This document shows, piece after piece, positions 58,330-64,000 of a stretch of DNA of 64,000 bases. The DNA comes from Deltaproteobacteria bacterium (GTDB lineage Bacteria; Desulfobacterota; Desulfarculia; Adiutricales; Adiutricaceae). The notes under the pieces were generated by a model. The model did not search any database and was not told the origin of the DNA. It saw nothing but the letters and a program-made list of their open reading frames with translations. Position 1 is the stretch's first letter; each line of letters begins with the position of its first letter. The stretch is taken from NCBI GenBank assembly GCA_031263485.1, contig JAISFS010000131.1, positions 1,626-65,625 of the forward strand, given 5' to 3'. Both the position numbers and the translations under genes were made by a program.

Positions 58330-58990
58330 TCATCCTCCCCATGGACTCCCCATGGCCTCCAGCTTGAGGCCATCTGAAAGCGTCCAGACGTTCCGAATCC
58401 GATGTGCTGACGCGTGAGTCGTCCCGTCAGTATGTCCTATAGCTCCTGGCCAGAAGTATTTCGGCAACAACTGGAAAGTTTCCGCATAATTGGACGAGCG
58501 GAAAAGTTGTGGAACGATGGTGAATTTTAGCGAATGCGACAGCCAGAAAAGTTCAGTTCCGTTCCGATATCGTGCTCCGTTTATTTTCATAATCGTGGAC
58601 AAACATGGCAATATCGACGTGATTTTCATGAAATCTGCGATGCCTTTCGCGTAGCGACCGTACAGAAATACGCGGTCCACCCGCGTCACGGACCGCACCT
58701 TGTCTGAGTGACGCCTGGCCTTAAGTTTGATTCCACTGCAAAAACCCCCACCCTCACCTCCAGGTTGCACTTTGAGGGCAGAATGCTTGGTAAAGGGTGC
58801 GCAAGAATGGCGGTGGCCAAAGGCTTAAGCGCAAAGGTGCCAATGCGACGGACAAAAAGCGTTCCGTCTTTCTGTCGAGGGGGAGGGTTTTTGCAGTGGA
58901 ATCAAGTTTCACGGCTTCAATGCAACCGTTAGCACGCCTCCTTGCTACGTGTAAGTAACGATTTATCCTCATTTTCATCGACTTCGCCAT
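58330..58990 (-). pseudogene. MNT-type nucleotidyltransferase gene disrupted by a MITE and by local frameshifts
   Basis: VDRVFLYGRYAKGIADF in one frame, then ENHVDIAMFV in a shifted frame (GS.ARG...D.D-type motif). The ORF continues across the MITE once the element and one target duplication are removed. Confidence 0.5.
58729..58903 (-). mobile_element. MITE-like element, copy 3
   Basis: 175 bp. It is the reverse complement of copy 2 with the same termini. It is flanked by a perfect 6-bp direct repeat AAGTTT (58723-58728 and 58904-58909). Confidence 0.8.
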
Positions 58991-60071
58991 CAAGATAGGT
59001 GCGTAATTGTGATAGCGTCTATTGAAATTCGGATACGATATGAGAAATTTGGCTGGGAGGCATATCTGCCTGGTGAGCAAGGAATATGAGATGAGATTCC
59101 CTTAGGATATCGGCCCGTACCCTACGCTGAATCTCAATCGGATCGCCCGCGAAATGCGGGCTGTCCTTCAAGCTATCGGCTTGTTCCGACAGGGACGCTG
59201 GGTTCAGTTTCCACATATGGGGAAATGAAGGCCAGAACCATGGAATGACCGACCGGAAATCCTTCGGGAAGGATCAAGTCCAGGCGCAAATGCCGATCTT
59301 CCGGAATTCCTGTGCTCATTTGTATGGAAGTCATAGGCTCATCCATTTTCAGTTTATCCTTATCGAAGGCCAAGACAAGGCTGCCATTGTTTCTTAGGGC
59401 CTTGTTTCTTTGGGCCTCTGCGCCGCTTCAAGACCCATGAAGCCGTTCATTGGCGGTGGTTATTGAAAGGCGTCCAGTGGGTGCCTCATCGTCAAACATA
59501 CTCCATCTTTCAACAAAAGCGTCAAAAATATTTTGACCCCTAACCGCGTTCTGGTGCTAATAAGTTTAAGGCATCCGTCCACGAAAAGGCGAGGCAGCGG
59601 GAGAAGGCGACGGTATAGGGGAAAACGAGAGGGCTGGACAAGAATGCCGCAACGTGGCAAGCCATGCATCTGATGAGGTTGCCCTGGCCATGGAGCAGGG
59701 CCACCAATGTACGGCGGCGGCTTGTCAAGAAGCCCATGAACGGATACCTCGCTTGGTGTCCTTTCACGACACTCGCTCCATCCCCTGCCCACTTTAATGT
59801 TCCGCGACCGTATCCGTTCCCCGTGGCTTGTCTTGCCCCGTCTGCGGGCGCCTTCCCGGCCGCTCTTCACGCTTTCGGGCATGAAGACCGCCGAAGCTGT
59901 AATTTGATCGAGGGATCGCCTATAATCGGGCGTTCCGATTGCTCAGGCGCGGGGGCTCACCAGGCTCCTCGCCGGGCTTCCCGCGGGGGAGGCCGCAGGT
60001 TTTCTGCCGCGCAGGCAATGCGCCGCCCGTCCGGTCTGGCGGGCGGCGCGTGGGAAGGGTGTCTTCGGGAG

Positions 60072-63000
60072 ATGGATCAGAAGCTTTACGAGAAGCTCTG
60101 CGGGGCGCCCTGGCTTGCCAGCTACGTGGAGACGCGCTCCGGGAGCTTCCTCTCCATGGATTACGCCTCCGCGAGGGAATCCCGCCGCGCCACGCGCGAC
60201 CCTTTCTCGGGCACCGACCCCCTCCTCGTCCTGGACGCCCTGTTCGTTGACGGGTCGCTCCCGGCCCTACCCGCCGAAGACGATACCGAGGCCCTCAGGG
60301 AGGCCAAGCTCCTTTTCCGGAGGGCTCTCGAATCCTCGGACGATGACGGCTCGGACTGGGATGCGGACCTGCCCGACGAGATCGCCGGAGCCCTGGGGGA
60401 CTCCGACTCCGGGGAGGACGAGCCGTTGCGCTGGCTCCTCAGGGCCGTCACCTGCCTCGCCGCCTCGAGTTCCGGACTCGACCTTAACGGTTGCGTGAGC
60501 GCCCTGGCTCGCGTCCAGGACCGTCCCGGCTACACCGAAGAGCTGGCCTGCGCCCTGTCATTTTCGGCCATCTGGTCCCAGAAGAGCGGCGCCCGCGCCG
60601 CTGAGATCGACCGCTACCTTTCCAGGGCCTTCGGGCTTGCGGGAATATCCGATGTCCAGGAGATGCGCCCGCTCTTCATGGCGCTCACCAAGCGCATGTC
60701 CTTCCCCGGCGCCCCGCGCTACGGGCCGGGGGCCGGGCTGGGCGGCAGGGCGGGCACGCTGAGGAATGCCCTGAGCCTGGCCGACAGGCTCCCGGATCCC
60801 GATCTCGTCTGCATGCCCGTGGGCTACCTCCTGGGGGAGATCGGGGCCGTAACTCTTTCCCAGGACGACCTCAGGCGCGCCCTGGGGCCCGAGGGGCTTC
60901 CGGACGTTTTGCCGCTCAGGTTCGCGTGGGGAGCGCTGGAGGCCGCGGTGGTCGGCATGCGCAGCCCCAAGCCGCATGCCTCCCTCGGCCTGGAGGCCTT
61001 CGAGAGGCTCGTCTCCGGAGGGGCCGTGGCGGCTTTGGGGGACAAAGTCGCCTGGACCGCCTACAGGACGGTCGCGCGCGCGACCCTGGCGTTTTCCAGG
61101 ATCTTCGGCGGCCTCCCGCCGGAGGACGCGGAACGGGCAGTGAGGCTCGTGGCTCCCCTCCGAGTGGGCGGCCAGGTGGCTCCCTGGGCCTTCCAGGCGC
61201 TCTTCGAGCGCCTCAAGGCCGCTTCCCCCCATGCCTTCCAGGCCGCCGTCATGCGCACGGCCGCGGACGGGCTGTTCGGGTATGGGGAAGCGCTGGTGCA
61301 GGCCGTGGTGCTCGCCTCTTGCATCCCCTCCAAGGATGCCGTGCGCCTGGCAAGCTTCACGAACGAGGCCGAGGCCTTGCGCCGCAAGGCCGCCGGAACC
61401 CGGAGGGCTCAGGGGCCATTAGGGGCCAGGCTCGCGGCCGCGCTAATCGATGCCGAGCTGGCGGCACGGACAGAGGCCGAGCCGGACGCCGCCTTCAGGG
61501 CCCTGGCCGCGATCTGTCCCGACCCCCCGGAGGGTCCGGAGGTGCTCGAGGAAAGGCAGCTGTTCCTCTTCGCTTACGCCGCGGCCTTGGTTGCCGCCTC
61601 CTGGGGGCCTGCGGGCGTGGACGGGCCGGGCACGGCGGCGGAAGGGGACACCGAAGACCAGGCGGGCGGGGACGCCAAAGACCATGCGGGCGGGGACGCC
61701 GAAGATCATGCGGGCGGGGATGCCAAATACCCGGCGGACGCCGGGACGGCGGCTACGGACAGGGACGCGGTTCCCGCTCCCTCGCCTGAAGAGGAGTATC
61801 TCCGGAGCCTCATCGCCACTGCGAGGGAAGCGCGCCTGAAGGAGGCCGGGTCTTCCGGTCCTCCGGACTATTGGAAGAGCGGCTGGATCTGGCGCTCGAC
61901 CAGGGACCGCCTTACGCCCGAAGCGCCGCATCTGGCCCTGCAGGACTCGCGCCTCGCGAGGCTGATCAAGCTGTGCCCTGCCGCGGCCATGGAGGATCCG
62001 GCGTTCCAAGACAAGATCCTGCCCGGAGCGATGTACGTTGCCCTGGGTTCGGCGGAAGGTAATTCGGACCGGGGCTCGCTTATCCTGGCCTCGGCTCCCG
62101 ACATGTCTGGCCTGCCCGAGCGCGTGCAGGTTCGGGGCGCCTTGGCGGTCTATACGGCGATGATCATGGGTGAGCGGCTCCCCGAGAGCGAGGAGGACTT
62201 CCGCAGGCGCCTAATGATCGCGCTGGGCTGCCTCGCCGGCGAGCTCCCGCCGCGCCTGAGGGTCACGCTCGTTCCTCCGTGCCTGGCCGGCTTCGGTCAC
62301 CTGGGGCTGGGCAAGCCGCTGGAGGGCTTCTTCGAGGCGAACAGGCTGATGCAGGTCCCGTTGGCGCCGCCGGGAGAACCGCCGCCGATCGATGACTTCG
62401 AGGGCCTGCCGGGGGACCCTGCCAGGAGAATCTCATATCCGGGGCCCATCAGGTCTCGCCAGCGCGGCGCGGATCGTTTCGAGGATCCGGATGACGACGG
62501 CGATGGACTCGGCGCCCTGAGGCTCCCGGGGTTTGTCGAAGACGACGAAGACGCCGAGGGAGAGGAGTTCGAGGACGCCGAAGACCTCGAAGAAGCTGAA
62601 GACCTCGAAGATGCCGAAGACCCTGAAGATTCAGAAGACTCAGAAGACGCCGAAGACCTCGAAGATGCCGAAGACCCTGAAGACTCAGAAGACGCCGAAG
62701 ACCCCGAAGGCCCCGGAAACTCAGAAGACGCCGAAGGAAGGAAGTTCGGGGACGGAGCGGGCGATGCCGCTGGAGCAGGAGAAGTCGGTGCCAGGGCAGG
62801 TCGGGGCAACGGTGCCGGGGACGGCGGAACCGGCCCCGGCGGGGTAGGCGGAGCGACCGAGGGGCCGGAGGCAGGCCGGGACGAAGGAGCCTCCGCCGCG
62901 GCGGAGGAAGCCTCGGTCGCCGAGCCGGATCCATGCGACGATCCCGACACGCCCACAGGCGCCCGAGTCTTCAGTCTCGTACGGGCGGCCGTAGGGGTCG

Positions 63001-64000
63001 AGGCCGCGCCTCCCGCGGCAAGGGTGTCCGGGGTGCCCCTGACCGGGCTGGCTCGTACCTTCCGTGCGCTGGCGCAGTCCATCCGCAGCGATGAGGCGGC
63101 GAGCGCGGCCATGGAAAGGCTGGCGGCGGCCCGCTCGGCGGTCGTCGCCGTAGCGGATCTGGCGTTCACCGCCGTGGGGCCCGCCATCCGCCAGGACGCG
63201 GACGATGCGGCCTTGACGGCGGGAGCGGACCCCCCCCTCACGGATGAGGTCCCGGCAGGCAGTGACGGCCCGGAGGTCGCTCCGGCGGCGGGTGGAGGCG
63301 GGGTTGCGTCTGTCCCGCGTCCCCGCCTCTCCTCCGAGCTGGAATACCACGAGTGGCTCGGCTTCAGGAGCGAAGATGAGTACCTGGCCGCCGTCGCCGA
63401 CCAGTCGAGGCCAGAGGAGTCGGGCACAGGCGGCGGCTCCGGAGAGGACGCGGGGGACGGCGACATCGGCGGCCTTGGAGAGGACGATGGCGATGGCGGC
63501 ATCGGGGGCCTTGAGCAGGACGATGACGACGGCGGCATCGGCGGCTTTGGGGAGGACGAGGATGAGGATGAGGACGAGGGCGAGGGCGGCACCGATGGCA
63601 CTGGATCGGACCCGCTAGCAGAAAGCCTACGCACCATCGATGAGATCCTCGGCATAGGCAACTTCGAAGACGACATCGACGATGATGATGTCGATGAGGG
63701 TGACGCCGACGAGGAGGATCCCGACTACGACGGGTCCCTGGCGGCCCAGCTGGTCTCGATCTCCACGGTGAACAGGTTTCCCATAACGGTCTACGCCGTC
63801 TGCTGCACGGAGTGCGGCATGTACCAGACGGCCCTGCAGACCATGATGATGGACAGGCCCATCAACAACACTCTGATCCCGCTCAAGAGGATCGCCCTGG
63901 ACAGGATAGCGGAGGGCCTGGCCAAGTCCGGCAAGATCGAATCGGCTCGCATGGCCCTGAGGATGCTGGACGTGTTCGGCCACATGCAGGACGACCATTC
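60072..64000 (+). CDS. Very large acidic hypothetical protein, 3' end outside the window
   Basis: The reading frame containing positions 60072, 61989 and 63819 has no stop from before 60018 to the window end. It is absent from the ORF track, presumably because it has no stop in the window. Third positions are GC-rich. It has EDAEDLE/EDPEDSED repeats and three GDG(G)IGG(L/F) repeats. ATG 60018 is an alternative start. Confidence 0.75.
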   Translation, partial: MDQKLYEKLCGAPWLASYVETRSGSFLSMDYASARESRRATRDPFSGTDPLLVLDALFVDGSLPALPAEDDTEALREAKLLFRRALESSDDDGSDWDADLPDEIAGALGDSDSGEDEPLRWLLRAVTCLAASSSGLDLNGCVSALARVQDRPGYTEELACALSFSAIWSQKSGARAAEIDRYLSRAFGLAGISDVQEMRPLFMALTKRMSFPGAPRYGPGAGLGGRAGTLRNALSLADRLPDPDLVCMPVGYLLGEIGAVTLSQDDLRRALGPEGLPDVLPLRFAWGALEAAVVGMRSPKPHASLGLEAFERLVSGGAVAALGDKVAWTAYRTVARATLAFSRIFGGLPPEDAERAVRLVAPLRVGGQVAPWAFQALFERLKAASPHAFQAAVMRTAADGLFGYGEALVQAVVLASCIPSKDAVRLASFTNEAEALRRKAAGTRRAQGPLGARLAAALIDAELAARTEAEPDAAFRALAAICPDPPEGPEVLEERQLFLFAYAAALVAASWGPAGVDGPGTAAEGDTEDQAGGDAKDHAGGDAEDHAGGDAKYPADAGTAATDRDAVPAPSPEEEYLRSLIATAREARLKEAGSSGPPDYWKSGWIWRSTRDRLTPEAPHLALQDSRLARLIKLCPAAAMEDPAFQDKILPGAMYVALGSAEGNSDRGSLILASAPDMSGLPERVQVRGALAVYTAMIMGERLPESEEDFRRRLMIALGCLAGELPPRLRVTLVPPCLAGFGHLGLGKPLEGFFEANRLMQVPLAPPGEPPPIDDFEGLPGDPARRISYPGPIRSRQRGADRFEDPDDDGDGLGALRLPGFVEDDEDAEGEEFEDAEDLEEAEDLEDAEDPEDSEDSEDAEDLEDAEDPEDSEDAEDPEGPGNSEDAEGRKFGDGAGDAAGAGEVGARAGRGNGAGDGGTGPGGVGGATEGPEAGRDEGASAAAEEASVAEPDPCDDPDTPTGARVFSLVRAAVGVEAAPPAARVSGVPLTGLARTFRALAQSIRSDEAASAAMERLAAARSAVVAVADLAFTAVGPAIRQDADDAALTAGADPPLTDEVPAGSDGPEVAPAAGGGGVASVPRPRLSSELEYHEWLGFRSEDEYLAAVADQSRPEESGTGGGSGEDAGDGDIGGLGEDDGDGGIGGLEQDDDDGGIGGFGEDEDEDEDEGEGGTDGTGSDPLAESLRTIDEILGIGNFEDDIDDDDVDEGDADEEDPDYDGSLAAQLVSISTVNRFPITVYAVCCTECGMYQTALQTMMMDRPINNTLIPLKRIALDRIAEGLAKSGKIESARMALRMLDVFGHMQDDH

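Noticed and set aside
59019-59373. Antitoxin-like small gene (the GDPIEIQRRVRAD tail resembles antitoxin C-termini), split over two ORFs
   Set aside because: The resemblance rests on a few residues only. The two pieces need a frameshift to join, and no partner toxin is identifiable.
1-64000. tRNA, rRNA, tmRNA or RNase P genes
   Set aside because: I scanned for T-loop-like GTTCGAATC/GGTTCAAATC motifs and rRNA-like conserved blocks. The only hit lies inside the Fic coding sequence. A covariance-model scan would be needed to exclude small RNAs.

Overview
The window is a visibly GC-rich bacterial chromosome segment. HydF, a tryptophanase/tyrosine phenol-lyase and DUF3842/UPF0210-type genes suggest an anaerobe; I cannot assign a taxon. 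It is interrupted by AT-richer islands at about 6.6-7.9, 12.5-12.9, 16.7-19.3, 22.7-23.2, 36.6-42.7 and 57.1-59.9 kb.

Core content, nearly all on the + strand:
- a Ter-type module (TerD, two TerZ-like paralogs, one degenerate TerD-like protein, an ATP-grasp enzyme)
- a SPOR lipoprotein and a beta-eliminating lyase
- a translationally coupled hydF / aspartase-like pair followed by a double-ACT gene
- a long LRR protein
- two tandem TetR-DUF169 modules
- UPF0210, a PHP phosphoesterase, an ABC exporter pair and DUF374
- a more than 1300-aa acidic ORF that runs off the 3' end and is missing from the supplied ORF track

Accessory content:
- three divergent paralogs of an AAA-ATPase-like + PD-(D/E)XK fusion, one carrying an in-frame TAA
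- two paralogous tail-anchored coiled-coil proteins
- a frameshifted class II Fic gene
- a nucleotidyltransferase gene split by a MITE

Repeat families not explained by the genes:
- a 175-bp MITE, three copies with 6-bp target duplications
- a roughly 105-nt nested-hairpin repeat, five copies with compensatory changes
- a roughly 96-bp palindrome-armed element whose spacer lies in opposite orientation at two loci
- a 2.9-kb segment bounded by perfect 24-bp inverted repeats
- several minisatellites

I found no rRNA, tRNA or CRISPR array. All coordinates and alignments were done by hand from the sequence. Family names come from remembered motifs, not from searches.
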